Shown here: piece after piece, positions 50,430 through 63,744 of the stretch
Position numbering within the stretch: the first letter of the stretch is position 1
How the letters are laid out: every line of letters starts with the position of its first letter
Source: Malacoraja senta
Taxonomy: Eukaryota
Length of the DNA stretch: 64,000 nucleotides
Assembly (NCBI GenBank): GCA_038087875.1
Contig: JAXLNO010000324.1
Coordinates: forward strand, 62,001-126,000
Direction: 5' to 3'
Made by a program: the position numbers and the translations under genes
Notes under the pieces: generated by a model
Database searches by the model: none
What the model saw: the letters and a program-made list of their open reading frames with translations, nothing else
What the model was told of the DNA's origin: nothing

Positions 50430-50990
50430 AAAGTCAAGGGTATTTAATTGTCACATGTGTTGGGACTGGAACAATGACATTGTTACATGATGTGGCTTTA
50501 TAGACACATTAACACAATAACACAACAAATAAATATACAATAATTAATAACACAATAAATTATTAGTAACCAGATTATAATAGTACAAACTGAAGTACGC
50601 AGTGCAACCTAAACCTATTCCATAATGGTTCATTGCTGAGGTAGGAGTATAGTTAGAATTGTTCAATGTGGTTCCAGAGCTTGATGGTTAACAGGAAGAA
50701 GCTCTTCTTGAACCAGGAGGTCACGATTCTCAAGCTCCTGTACATACTTCCCGATTGAAGCAATGAGAGGAGAGTGTGGTTGGGATAGTGTGAGTTTTGG
50801 ATGATATTAGCTTCTTTTTTGAGGCAGCTCTTCCTGCAGAATCCTTCAGTAGTGGTGAGATCAATGCCAGTGATAGACTGGGCAATGCTCACTACTTCCT
50901 GTGGTCTCTTAAGCCTTGGCCATTCCAATTATTGAACCAGGCTATGATGTAATGCATTCTACCATAAACCTGTAGTAATGTGATAGAGTA
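50430..50990 (-). mobile_element. Rex1/Babar-clade LINE 3' fragment (degraded)
   Basis: Minus ORF 50653-50928: AQSITG..CLKKEANIIQNSHYPNHTLLSLLQSGSMYRSL..FKKSFF, like the Rex1 ORF C-terminus. Confidence 0.72.
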
Positions 50991-51504
50991 TTTGATTGAA
51001 GGATATTGAGTGAAGGATATTATTTGAGTGAAGGATATTATTGCAGGAACATGAAACACTTTAAAATTTAACTGCCAGTGTTATGATCACAATTCTCAGG
51101 CATTGACCCATCAGCAGCTATCTATTCTGCTGCATGATAATTTATTGGGAACTAGTTGATATCAGTATCAATACCCCCGACACAAAAATCAGCAACACGT
51201 TGAAAATGTGCCACTGCACTCCTTCATTCAATATCTGATTGCAGCAGTTGTGGATAAATCTGGGAAAACATCCCACTGTACTAATTAATGCAGAGGGAGA
51301 AAAGCTTGTGGTTAAAAATCAGTTTTAGTCGAGACAATTCTATCCCTTTGTCCACATTTTTCTTTCACCATTTATAAATCTAGAATTTACTTAGTGTGCC
51401 TGCTGGTATTGCTTTAAATGTCATGAAATTGCAAAGAAATTAATTATACCTAATTTGAAATCGACACCATCATTAAAATCCTCCTTAAATATGTACGATT
51501 CTAT

Positions 51505-52345
51505 TGTCATGGAGTCGTACAGCACGGAATCAGACCTTTCGGCCCAACTCATCCATGCCAACCAAGATGCTGCAGCTAAGCTAGTCTTATTTCCTCCTGC
51601 TTGGCCCATATACCTCTAAACATTTCCTATTTATGTACCTGTTCAAATGTCTTTTAATATTGTTATAGTACCTGCCTCAACTACTTTACCTGGCAGCCCA
51701 TCCCATATAACCACCACTCTGTGTGAAAAAGTTGCCTTTCATGTTCCCATTAACTCTTTCCCCTCTCACCTTGAACCTATGCCCTCTAGTTCCTGATTCC
51801 CTCTACCCTGGGAAAAAGATTCTATACATTCATCGTATCCATTTCCCTCATAATTGCTTACACTTCTGTAAGGTCGGTCACCTGCTCTAATCAAAAAAAT
51901 AATATACTTGCCTGCCCAATCTCTCTCTGTAGCTCATGCCCTCAAGGCATGGCAACATCCTCATAAATCTTCTCTGTACTCTTGTCAGCTTAAGTGCATC
52001 TTTCCTCTAACAGGGTGACAAAAACTAAACACAATACTCCAAGTGCAGCCTTAACAACCTCTTGTATAACTGTAATATACTGTCCCAACTTCTACACTCA
52101 AGTCCCTGATTGATGAAGGCCAATGTGCTAAAAGCCTTCTTCATCACCCTATCTACACGTGACACCACTGTCAAGGAATTATGTACCTGTACTGCTAAGT
52201 CCATGTGCTCTACAACATCCCCCCCCCCCCCCCCCTACCATTCACTTTGAAGATCCTGCCCTGGTTTGACTTCCCAAAATGCAACACTTCAGAATCATCT
52301 GAACTAAACTCCATTTGCCATTCATCAGCCCACTTGCACAGCAGA
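51505..52345 (-). mobile_element. Degraded CR1 3' fragment
   Basis: Homologous along its length to 6153-6990 (CCTTTCGGCCCAACTC, AAATCTTCTCTG, GACTTCCCAAAATGC). Confidence 0.8.
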
Positions 52346-52844
52346 TCAAGATCCCGTTGTAATTCTTGGAATGGAATGGAATACTTTATACGTTATTGTC
52401 ACATGTGAGTAGGCACAGTGAGATTCTTTGCTTGCATACCCAATGCATACAAACAGCAGCCACCTACAGCGCTGACAAATTTACAAAGCACGCCAGCTCC
52501 TCCTTTTGATCTAGAATGCAGCCTGGATTAGAGGATATTTGCTCTTAGGAGAGGTTGGGCAAGCTTGGATGTCACTCCACGATACATCTAGATAACCTGA
52601 TTAAAAAACCCAATGTCCTGATGCAGGATCTCAACCTGAAATGTCAACTATCCTTTTGTTTCCACAGGGCTGCCTGACCCACTAATTTCATCCAACAGCT
52701 CATTTTTTATTCCATGTTCCAGCATCTGCAGTCCCATGTGTCTTTAAGATTATTAAAGTTTCACAAGTCTTCATTTATTATTTGTTCATTTTTTGGGATG
52801 TAGGCCAGCATTCTTTGCCCACCCCTAACTATCCTTAACTGTGC

Positions 52845-53310
52845 CACAAACAGCGCAGAGGAGATTGGCCAGGATGTTGCCTGAATATGGGGCCTTCATA
52901 GGGAGAGGTTTGCCATGATTTCCTGGAGTGAGGGCTGACTTGATTGAGGTATATAAAATTATGAGAAATATAGATAGTATCTAAAGTCATAGAAAAAGTA
53001 GATAGATTCATTTTCCTGTGGTAGCGGTATCAAAAACAGAGGGCATGGGTTTAAGGTGAGAGGAAGACATTTTAACGAGGATCTGAGGAGATTTTTTTTT
53101 TTTAACAGTTTGGTTGATATCCAGAATATGTTGTCAAAGGAAGTGATAGATCCAGCTGCAATCCCTACATTTAAGAGACATTTGGACGGCACTTAAATAA
53201 GCAATGCGTAGATGGACATATACCGAATGGAGGGAAATAGGATTAGTGTTGGTGGGCAACAAGGTTGTCATGGATACGGTTGGCCAAAGGGTCTACAACT
53301 CTATGACTGT
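52845..53310 (+). mobile_element. Degraded CR1 3' fragment
   Basis: AGGATGTTGCCTG, GAGGTATATAAAATTATGAG and AGAGGGCAT..TTTAAGGTGAG (RGH) motifs. Confidence 0.72.
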
Positions 53311-53384
53311 AACACATGAGCACGGTTTGTAGACAGATGCAAGAAACGCATTCATTGTGCTCAGTACTGAACAGCTGAGCAACC

Positions 53385-53880
53385 ATGGAAGACCAAGACC
53401 ACAAGATATTGCAGAGAATTGTGGACACAGCCCAGATCATCACACAAACCAACCTCCCTTCCATTGACTCCATTTATACCTCACGCTGCCTCGGCCAACC
53501 GAAAGGCCAGCAGAATAATCAAGTATCACAGACTGGCCACTCCCTCTTCTCCCCTCTCCCGTTGGGCAAAAGGTATAAAAGTGTGAAAAATCACGCCTCC
53601 AGATCAGGAACGGTTTCTTCCCAGTTGTTATCAGGCAACTGAACCATTCTACCACAACCAGAAAGCAGTCCTGAAGTACTATCTACCTCATTGGGGACAC
53701 TTGGACTGTCTTTGATTGGACTTTACTGGATTTATCTTGCACTAAACATTAATCACATTATTCCCTTGATGATATATCTGCACATTGTGGATGGCTCGAT
53801 TGCAATCATGTATTGTGTTTGCATGCAACAAAAGCTTTTCACTGTACCTTGGTACATGTGACAATAAACTAAACTTAATC
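53385..53880 (+). mobile_element. Rex1/Babar-clade LINE 3' fragment
   Basis: LQRIVDTAQIITQTNLPSIDSIYTSRCL...GHSLFSPLPLGKRYKS; 3' end CATGTGACAATAAACTAAAC. Confidence 0.78.
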
Positions 53881-53985
53881 AAGTCATCAGTTGTCAAGAG
53901 CAACCTCTCCCATTGCTGATTCAATCAGAAATGGAAATGAAGCCTCTTGTTCTCTTCTGTAGCCCTACACACGTAGAGTTGTTCA

Positions 53986-54167
53986 TTTTCAAGAGAGAGT
54001 TAGATTTAACTCTTAGGGCTAAAGGAATCAAGGGATATGGGGAAAAAGTGGGGGAGGGGGGAGGGGGGTACTGATTTTAGATGATCCATGATCATATTGA
54101 ATGGCAGTGCTGGTTTGAAGGGCTGAATGACCTACTCCTGCACCTATTTTCTATGTTTCTATGTTTC
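53986..54167 (+). mobile_element. CR1 3' end fragment
   Basis: Matches 160-325; (CTATGTTT)n tail. Confidence 0.88.
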
Positions 54168-54774
54168 TGGCTGTAACACTTCACTTTACAATTTCTTGAA
54201 TAAGACTGACATAAATAGCTCTTTTTTAAATGGAACGCATGTAATTGCTAATTTTAATTAAAAGTAATTTTAATATCCTTTAGATTTTTTTTAGCATTTT
54301 CTGTTTAGTTTTCTTTTCCTCAAGAAATGTTCCTTTCATGTACTTGCATTGGCCCAGATGAGTGGTTGGTATAACAGCCTTCTAGTTTGCCACATTCATG
54401 ATATTTACTGTCTTGTTTATGTAGTTCAGGCATGCACTGAAGTGTGTTTATCCAGGGGAACTGTTGTGACTTCATCTATCAAATTGTGTAATCATCACAT
54501 TAAACTCTCAACAAATTCCTCCAAGATACGCTCATTGAAAAGCTTGCAGAAGGTTTTCCTCTCCAGCATTGTGTTGGATGCCACTGAGCGGAAAGCTCAT
54601 GCACATTGGGAAGCTGTAGCTTTTATGCCAGACTTTTAATACTCTAAAACAGGAGTCCCCTCGCATTAAACAGTTGCAGGTCTCCAGATGGTTTGGCAGA
54701 AGGAAACAGTGAGCTACATACTCTATACCTTAAAGATTCTAGGTTCATTACCCAATCTGTTCTGAGTTTAGAGT

Positions 54775-55110
54775 GGCATAATGGTCCAGCAGGTGGAGTT
54801 GCTGCCTCACAGCTCCAGTGACTTGCGTGTAATCCTGACCTCGGCTGCTGTCTGCGTGGAGTTTGCACGTTCTGCATGTGACTTCCTGGGTTTCCCCCAA
54901 GTACTCTAGTTTCTTCCCATAATCCAAAGTCATTCAGGTTGATAGGCTAATTGGCCAGTGTAACTTTCCCCAAGTGTGCAAATGTGCGGTGAAATTTGGT
55001 AGAAAAAACAGCGAGAAATGTGGGAAGAATAAAATGGGATTAGGGTGCAGCGATGCTTGATGGTTCATGCAAACATGGAGGGCCAAAGGGATTGATTTAT
55101 TGCTGGACAA
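54775..55110 (+). mobile_element. Diverged V-SINE
   Basis: GAGTTGCTGCCTCACAGCTCCAG head and GTCTGCGTGGAGTTTGCACGTTCT V-domain. Confidence 0.78.
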
Positions 55111-55607
55111 CACCATGATACTGAGTTATCTGTCTTTAGCTGGGGCACTGGTACGGATGATCAAATTGGAACAACGGACACCGCATTTAGTGCTGCTAAC
55201 TTCAGCATCCACGGTTCAATCTTAACCTCGCCTCCTGTGTGTGTGAAGTCTGCCTGCTTTCTCTGTGATCACATGGGTTTCTCCTGGGTGTTACAGTTTC
55301 CTACCGCATATAAATGACTGTAAATCAAGATTTATATCTTGATGAAGGACATTTGTGAGACAAACCAAATTGCAGGAATAGCAAGAGGGTAAATGGGATT
55401 GATAGGATTTCTAAACTAGGAGCCAGCATGAACTAAATGGTCTCCGTTGTAATTATAAGTATGAGGCTTGTTAAGAAAATGTAATTAATGCTGTTGGTTA
55501 GAAAGAAGAATCCTTGGTCAAATCATTAACCATTAATCGCTCTGTGCATTAACATTCACTTGTCTCGGTTCACAATGAAAAAGGTCACTTTCTCATGTAG
55601 GTAACTG

Positions 55608-55901
55608 TTTAGTTTAGTTTTTTTTAGTTTAGAGCTATAGTGTGGAAACAGGCCCTTCGCCCCACCGAGTCCATGCTGACCAGCGATCCCCATACTCTAG
55701 CATTATCCAACACAGTATGGACAATTTACAATCTTTACCAAAGCCAATTAACCTACAAACCAGTACATTTTTGAAGTGTGGGAGGAAACTGGAGCACCGG
55801 AGAAAACCTATGCTGGTACAGACAGCAACCATAGTCAGGATCGAACCCAGGTCTCTGGCGCTGTAAGGCAGCAACTCTACCGCTGCACCACCGTGCTGCC
55901 C
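55608..55901 (-). mobile_element. HE1-type V-SINE
   Basis: (TTTAG)n tail, GGATCGAACCC and GCAGCAACTCTACCGCTGCACCACCGTG. Confidence 0.88.
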
Positions 55902-56319
55902 TGTGTTGAGGGAAAGGTGAGGAAAGAATATATATGCCGCTTTCTTTCTGTGCTGCAACAAGACATTTGGTATACCTCTATTAATCAACATGGGCTCAAA
56001 GCAATTAATACTAGTGAATCAGAGCTTTAGTAGTTTACTGAAACGATTCAGATATATCTTGGAGTGTTTGAAACAGAGCTACCTAACTGGCATTTTAATA
56101 TGGCCATCGGCCTCAAGAAAAGAATACTTGCAGTTCATTCTTTAATACGGGGAATGTGCTACCTAATTTGTGCACAGCAATGTTCCACAAAAGTAAAATA
56201 TCAACAAATAATTATCCGTTTGAGTGACTTGTCAACTGACTCAAGACATTGTGGCCAACTCCACTGGTCCTCTGAAAGAGCGCCATTGGACGACTTTGTC
56301 CAGCTGCAAAGGCAAGTAG

Positions 56320-56633
56320 GCAACACCGTGGTGCAGCGGTAGAGTTGCTATCTTACAGCGATTGCAGCACCGGAGATCCAGGTTCGATCCCGAATACAGG
56401 CGTCGTCTCTACGGAGTTTCTACATTCTTCCTGTGACCTGCGTGGATTTTCTCTGAGATCTTTGGTTTTCTCCCACACTCCAAAGAAGTACAGGTATGTA
56501 GGTAAATGGGCTTGGTAAATGTAAAAATTGTCCCTAGTATGTGTAGAATAGTGTTAATATGCAGGGATCGCTGGTCAGAGCAGACCCGGTGGGCCGAAGG
56601 GCCTGTTTCTACGCTGTATCTCTAAACTAAACT
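56320..56633 (+). mobile_element. HE1-type V-SINE
   Basis: Collinear with 13864-14170; ends in (CTAAA)n. Confidence 0.88.
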
Positions 56634-56747
56634 GTCTCAGTTTAACACCTCATTTCGAAGGAAGTTCCTCCAAAAAGCCACGTTCCCACTAATACTGTGA
56701 TGTGCTTGAGATGAGACTTGATCCCACAATCTGTAGTACAAACGCAG

Positions 56748-56862
56748 AGTTAGCATTGATCTAGTGTTAACCTTGAGCTAGTGTTAACCTTGAGCTACTG
56801 TTAAACTTAAGCTAGTGTTAGCATTGTTAGCATTGAGCAAGTGTTAGCATTGAGCTAGTGTT
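56748..56862 (+). repeat. ~20-bp imperfect minisatellite
   Basis: About 5-6 copies of GAGCTAGTGTTAACCTT / GAGCTAGTGTTAGCATT. Confidence 0.85.
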
Positions 56863-57709
56863 GAAGCTATGAACAGCATACACCATTGAAAAAGAGTGAA
56901 ATACCTGCAGGATGTTGTCCTGTCTCACAATGCTTTAAACACAATAAGAAAAATGATGACATCACTGCTATTTTGACCATGGTCCTCTTCCTCATCAGCT
57001 TTTCAATAATGACCATATAATCTGTTCCAATTATGTTGGTTTGTAAATATAAATTGGCTAGGGCTTCAGAAATAAATTCCGTTCTCTTCATAAGAGTGCC
57101 ACGGGATATTTTATATCTTTCTCAGAGAGCATGCAGGATTTTAGTTGCCAGGGACAGTCAGGATTTATCTGTAAATTCACCAATTTCAAGTAACCTCCTT
57201 TCGCTCTTGGTATCACACTTGTAACATAATCCCGCTGAGTTACTCCAGCATTTTGTGTCTATATTCGGTGTAAACCAGCATCTGCAATTCCTTTCTACAA
57301 ATAATCTCTGTGTTTCTTTCCATTCTGGTGCTAGCTTACATACTGAGTAGTCTCAGTATTCTCTTTTATTTTAGTTATGCAGCAAATCTACACTTTTGTA
57401 TCTTGCTGTTCTAACAATATTATTTTTTCTCTTTCCTCTGTTTTCATTCAACTCCCTCTATCCACATCTCCTCCAGACAGATCAATTGATATGAACTTGT
57501 CATTTCCACCCTCTCTCACCCAGCACCGCCATCAATTGTATTGTTCAGCTTCTCTGGTCTCTTGCCTGGTCTCCAGCCTTCCCTGGTCCCATCCCACCCT
57601 ATTCTCTACTTGATTGCTAATTTTTTCTTGTTTAGTTATCAGTCAGAAAAATTAACTCCCTTTCTCTATCCACAAATGCTGCTTGATGTTCTGAAAAGTT
57701 ATACAATTG

Positions 57710-58175
57710 TCATAGAATCATAGAGTCATACAGCATGGAAACAGGCCCTTCGGCCCAACTTGCCCACACCGACCAACATGCCTCATGTGCACTAGTCTCA
57801 CCTGCCAGCGTTTGGCCCATATCCCTCTAAACCTATCCTACCCATGTATCTGTCTAAATGTTTCTTAAATGTTGCAATAGTACCTGCATCCTCTGGCAGC
57901 TCATTCCATATACCCACCACCCTTTGTATAAAAAAAGTTACCCCTCAGGTACCCATTCTCCCCCCCTACCACCACCTTAAATCCATGTTCACTGGTTCTT
58001 GATTCCCCTACTCAGGGCATTTACCCGATCTATTCCTCTGATGATTTTGTACGCCTCTATAAGATCACCCCTCATCTTCTTGTGTTCCAAGGAATAAAGT
58101 CCTAGCCTGCTCAACCTCTCCCTATAGCTCAGGCCCTTCTCTCCTGGCAACATCCTCGTTAATCTTCTCTGCATC
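57710..58175 (-). mobile_element. CR1 3' fragment
   Basis: Minus ORF QRRLTRMLPG..LSYRERLSRLGLYSLE..RGDLIEAYKII; tail ACAGCATGGAAACAGGCCCTTCGGCCC. Confidence 0.88.
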
Positions 58176-59239
58176 CTTGAAACTTGACTACAGACTCAAT
58201 CTAAAGTTTTATTTGTATGTTTGTAAATTGGACCCAGTCCTTTGGCTCTAAACAGAAGTGTTACCAACTAAGCTGCAATAAACACAGTCAATTTTAAATC
58301 TCCATTTCTGTGAAATACAATATTTATTATTCATTAGAAGCATATTGGCATAATATTATTGCGCACAATATACTTCTAAGCTGTGATATCTGATTGGAAA
58401 CATGTTGGCATATTCGTAATCAGCCATTAATATGATGGCTTGCTGATATTCATGTGCACCTTTGGCCAAGTTGTGGGAGACCTACACGGTGTCTATGGAG
58501 AACCATTTAAAATGGACTGGTGCCATTAGGACAGGAAGGGTAAGTGGAGAAAACTAGAGCAGAGAAATAAATGTGTAGTAAAGGAAGCCAAACTGGTAAA
58601 TGGAACCATCAGACAATGCTGAGAAGAAAGCAAACAATATTTATTTTTCAGAATAAAAACATAGATTGCTCTCTCAGGCCTAGGAATCAAATCACTTCAA
58701 TTTTAGTGAGTCTAATTACATCTCGGTGATTTATTTGAACAGACAATACTACTTTGTATTCCTATTTTAATATACTCAACCCTATGGAGCATTTCTCATA
58801 GTGTTTGTTATTTGCTTTACAATCTGGGAAATATTGCTGCATACATTGCATGGGATCTCCACGAGAACTCCCCCTTCCTTCTACAATTGTTGCAGGCAAG
58901 CATCTGGCACTCAGTAACTGCAATGCCATCTAGCTGCTGACCAAGTTCAGGGTCAAGTTCAAGTTTATAGTCAAATGCATGGGTAAGTCAATGCAAGGAT
59001 GCAATGAAAAATCTTCCTTGCAAATCATCTCTGGGACAGAGTCTCAGACCAACACACAAATTATACATGAATTACACGTAAAATTGTAAAAGTAAAAAAA
59101 CTGTGCAAAAAGAAAAACATTAGTGAAAAAACATAATTAGAAAAGATAAAAAAAAGTCTACAGTTGCACAAGACGTGTGCCGTGGTGTTCTATTTTCAAA
59201 GTAGGGTCAGAGTTGCGGGAGGAAACCGGAGTACTTCTG

Positions 59240-59995
59240 TTTAGTTTATTGTCATGTGTGCCGAGGTACAGTGAAAGGCTTTTGTTGCTAACCAGTCAGC
59301 AGAAAGACAATACATGATTACAATCGATCCATTTACAGTGTATAGGTACATGATAAGGGTTGTGTGGATTAGTTTGAATTCCATATATTTGCTGGAAAGC
59401 AGCTGTCCCTGGTGGTGTGGGACTTCAGGCTTCTGCACCTACTGCCTGATTGTAGCAGTGAGAAAAAGCCATGGCCCAGATTGTGCAATCCTTGATGATA
59501 GATGCTGCTTTCTTGAGCCAGCCCCTGATGTAGATGTTTTAAATAGAGGGGAGAGCTGAGCTGCTAATGGACTGGGCTGAGTCCACCACTCTCTGCAGCA
59601 TTTTATGTTCCAATAGACAATAAACAATAGGTGCAGGAGTAGGCCATTTGGCCCTTCGAGCCAGCACCGCCATTCAATGTGATCATGGCTGATCATCCAC
59701 AATCAGTACCCCGTTCCTGCCTTCTCCCCATATCCCTTGACTCCGCTATCTTTAAGAGCTTTATCTAACTCTCTTTTGAAAACATCCAGAGAACCCGCCT
59801 CCACCGCCCTCCACAGAACTCCACAGACTCACAACTCTCTGTGTGAAAATGTATTTCCTCATTTCTGTTCTAAATGGCCCACCCCTTATCCTTAAACTGT
59901 GGCCTCTGGTTCTGGACTACCCCAACATCGGGAACATGTTTCCTGCCTCTAGCGTGTCCAAACCCTTAATAATCTAATATGTTTCAATAAGATCC
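59240..59995 (-). mobile_element. Rex1/Babar 3' fragment (59240-59605) next to a CR1 3' fragment (59617-59995)
   Basis: TTTAGTTTATTGTCATGTG matches the 3' end of 53385-53880; AATAGGTGCAGGAGTAGGCCATT...GATCATGGCTGATC is the CR1 UTR complement. Confidence 0.8.
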
Positions 59996-60510
59996 CCAGT
60001 GTTAATCACAGCCAATTATACAAATTGGCAAGCAATGTTTGATAACATTTCAAATTTTAGAGTGCTTGAAAGAGTTTGGGACATGGATATAATTAAAGTA
60101 CAAATTATAATATCAAATCCAACCTTGCTATTTAATAAAAATCTCTTGATTTTGTGAGATATTGAGAAGGAAAATTACAGAACGTTTGTATCAAATTAGC
60201 ACTACTGGGGTAAATTATTGATGTGTGGTAATCATAGTTTAGCACAGCATTAAAAACATGGTGCAAATAAACACAAGGTTGTCAGGGCGTTTATATGATG
60301 TCTACATCATAAATACCCTGAAATTAATACCAATTCAAATAATTTCACCATGATCGTTCTGGAAAAGCCTGGAAACCAGCACAACCTCTGTCGAAGCACT
60401 AGTTTACTGCTGGAAACATCAAGCTTTCTTCATTGAGCTTCACACAACCCAGGTTTCTGTCAATTTCCCCAAAAAATAAAACCAAATACCATTAGTTTAA
60501 GCTGCTCTTA

Positions 60511-60826
60511 CCATGACAAAATCCATGGCCTTCAACAGAGCTAACTTTGTCAAGGTCAGGTCCGCGAATCATTATTTCCGATTTCAGCGGGGTCCTTCTT
60601 GAAGAGACCCTCGGGATCGGGGATACATGATTGCACTCCAGTCCCATACCTGGTGTGGTCACTGCAGAGGCCATTTGGGAACTACTTACTCTTCCAGCAG
60701 TGTAGCTGACAGGCCTTCCCAAAAGGTTTCACGTGTCAGTCTTTTCGCTGCTGTGATTTTTATGCAATGTTAACATCGGAATTGTTGTCCTTGGAGCAAC
60801 AGTGTGAAATGGCCAAATCTGTTTCA
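60511..60826 (-). other. Candidate spliced exon of an unidentified host gene (5' UTR plus 54 codons)
   Basis: Long pyrimidine tract ending TTTTAAAG (AG at 60828-60827), ATG at 60674 giving MASAVTTPGMGLECNHVSPIP...GFCH, donor ATG|GTAAGA; unique sequence. Product not recognised. Confidence 0.35.
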
Positions 60827-62246
60827 CTTTAAAAGAATGTGGAGATGGAGATAGTGACAGGAAGAGAAAAGACATCCAGCATGCTGTCTCATTTGCTCTT
60901 ATTGGAAGGTTTATTGAAAAGACCTCAAATCAGGTTCAATTACACAATATGAGCCTGGTTGTCTGAAGTCACTAACTTCTCCACACTGATACACAGATTG
61001 ATTTGAATCATTCGTTACCCATGCAGACATTTGCTTCAATCTTGGCTTCTTTTGTGTCACCGTTTGATTGTTTATTATAGTTAATAAACTTTACCGTAGA
61101 CAATCAGCAGGGATAGATATGCAAAATGCAAGTAATAATTCTCTCAATGCACAAACAAGATATTGTTCAATACTCTGGAAGTATTATGATTTTTAAAAAT
61201 TAAATGAAAATCTATATTCTGCCGAGGTGTTCAGTAGCAGGTTTTTACAAAAAAAATGTGCTCACTATTTTACTTGAAAGGCACATTAGATTCTCATTAT
61301 ACGAAATTGACGCAGAGCATTGAATCTCAGTTACAAACAGTTGTTTTAGTAACACAGCATGGAAGCATAGTGACACATTGTGATGCTGAATGTTCGGATG
61401 TGGGATAAATGCCCACACATCTCTCTCATGCTACGTTCTCTCAGTGGGAGTTAACAAGAGAATAACAGCACCAAATGGAATGAAAAATTAAGAGTCAAGT
61501 CATCTTGCAGCAAATACCTGCCCAATACTCAGGGCTGGAAAATTATTTTTGCATTCAAGTGGTTTCATCAAAATGAAAGTCTGTGCGGTCTGTGCCTCAG
61601 CTTAATTGCTGAATCTGAGAAGAAGATGGCAGAGGGGAGGCTCCTGTAACCACCAACATATTGAAGCTGAATTATGCAAGGCAGGATCGATCAGGTCAAG
61701 AAAGAGCTACAAGAATGATCGTTCGATGCATGACCCAAGTATCAGCACGTGTTTCTAGCCATGCTTGCTGCTCTGGGACAAAACAGATTTAAACAAGACA
61801 GTCACTCTGATGGCATCAATTGATGAATCTGTGAATGCAGAATTCCAAATTAGTGATGCATTTGACACCACTATAAAAATAACAGCTTGCCATTATCTGA
61901 TCAGTTCCACTGTTGCAGTTCCACAAAGGAATGCTGAAGTTCCTGGAAAAGTACTTTCATCTTTTATTGAAGGTGGTTGAGGTGGGGGCTTTCTGTTGCG
62001 CTAGTATGGGTGTTGTGGGCCGAAGGGACTGATTTCCAGAGGGCGAGTATGGACATTGTGGGGCGAATGGATTCTTGGGCTGGCAGCTCAGTCACTGGGC
62101 CAGGCAGCTCAGTCACTGAGGCCTGGCAGTATAGTCACTTGGCCCGGGCAGGCTGGCAGCTGAGAAACTGCCAGAAATTCTGCCCAAAACAGGTGACAGA
62201 CTCTGTGAGAGAGAGAAGGGGGAGAGGATGGACTGAATGGATTATT

Positions 62247-62492
62247 GGGCTGGCAGTTCAATCACTTACGGCTGGTGGGCTGGCAGTTCAGTTACTTGCA
62301 GCTGGTGGGCTGGCAGTTCACTTAGTCATGACTGGTGGGCTGGCAGTTCAGTCACAGCTGGTGGGCTGGCAGTTCAGTCACTGACAGCTGGTGGGCTGGC
62401 AGTTCAGTTACTGACGGCTGGTGGGCTGGCAGTGCAGTCACTCACGGCTGGTGGGCTGGCAGTTCAGTCACTCACAGCTGATGGGCTGGCAG
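62247..62492 (+). repeat. 30-bp minisatellite, ~8 copies
   Basis: GGGCTGGCAGTTCAGTCACTCACGGCTGGT-like unit; one copy is 26 bp. Confidence 0.95.
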
Positions 62493-62899
62493 TATCCTTA
62501 AACAAAATCGCAAACCGTACGTGGGTTTTAAATTACATTTTACTCAGATGCAAGCCAAGGAATGGCATTATTGTTAGCTGTTAATTGGACATAATCAACC
62601 TCAGCATATTGACAATATCCTATTGAAAGGGAGTGCGTGTTTAAGCTGTCAGGACATTTTATTATTTGCCAAAATATACATCTCAATACCATAATGATAG
62701 AAAACTTACTTTTCCACACACCACTTGTAAGTCTGGTGATTTTTTTTATGATAAATTTAGCTCCAGAAGCATTTTCTTTTTGCATGTAAAAACCCACTTC
62801 AGAATCATGGGCGATTTTAAAATGTTACAGCCAGATTTATCACTTCTGAAACTTTTTAGATACCAAAGGAACCAAGAAAAAACACAAATAATGCCTTAC

Positions 62900-63116
62900 T
62901 GTTGATGAAATGCAGTGAGCAAACGCGATAATTCCCAATATTTTCAATCTCGATATCTGCACGGCCAGTGTTCGCCGAGCACTTTAGCTGTTGTTGTCCC
63001 TTCAGCTCTCGCTTCTCTTTACCTTCATTTCTCTTCACTTTTGGAATTCTGTAGGATAGATGTCTCTCACGGTTACCCCGACTTCCACAGTTATTTACAG
63101 CGCAAAAATTCACCAT
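62900..63116 (-). pseudogene. THAP (C2CH) zinc-finger domain exon, degenerate
   Basis: MVNFCAVNNC...YRIP...GR...YRVCSLHF has the THAP C-x4-C, P and CSxHF pattern; the conserved Trp reads Cys (KCSANTGR); donor AACA|GTAAGG at 62900/62899. Confidence 0.82.
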
Positions 63117-63744
63117 TTTGGCAGTTTTTAACAGGTAGGAAAGTAGGCGTTTTGTGTATTAACAACATATACCGGAAGCTGCGATGTCCTCCAGATGGAG
63201 TGAGCGGTTCCGTTCGTCACCCCTTTCACCCGGAGACCTTACGTGCATCCCCCCTATACACACACACAGACTCTCAGACACACACTCACACAGACTCACT
63301 CACAAACACACACACACAAACACACACACACACACAGACTCACTCACTCACAACCAATACTAAAATGCCAAGTAACTTCAGAACATGGTCAACATACAGT
63401 GTGTAAACCGAATGATTCAAACGTTTAAAACCTCCTGTCAAGGCTGCTGCTGAAGCAAAAACGTGCTTTAAATACCGTCCAACAAACACACTCACCATAG
63501 ACAGAGCAGTCAGCTCTCTTGAATTATTCAACGATGTCATCACTCTGTGCCTTCTGCAGTCAGTACCATCTTGCCATGAACCGGAAATGACGCACTCAGC
63601 TCCATCTTGCCGCTAACCAGAAATGACACCATCGGCGCCATCTTGCCACTAAGCAGAAGTCACGGAATGAGCGCCAATTTTGCAATTAAACACAGTCCTG
63701 ATCTAATAAAATGTTTATTCACGCTTTATCCATCCGAAAACTGT

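Noticed and set aside
60511..60648. Similarity of GMGLECNHVSPIP..K.E to NR5A2 exon 2 (GAGLPDRHGSPIP, also 138 nt as I recall)
   Set aside because: The MLPKVE..LGLARSHGEQG segment I recall as conserved to teleosts is absent, and I found no downstream nuclear-receptor zinc-finger exon; no symbol assigned.
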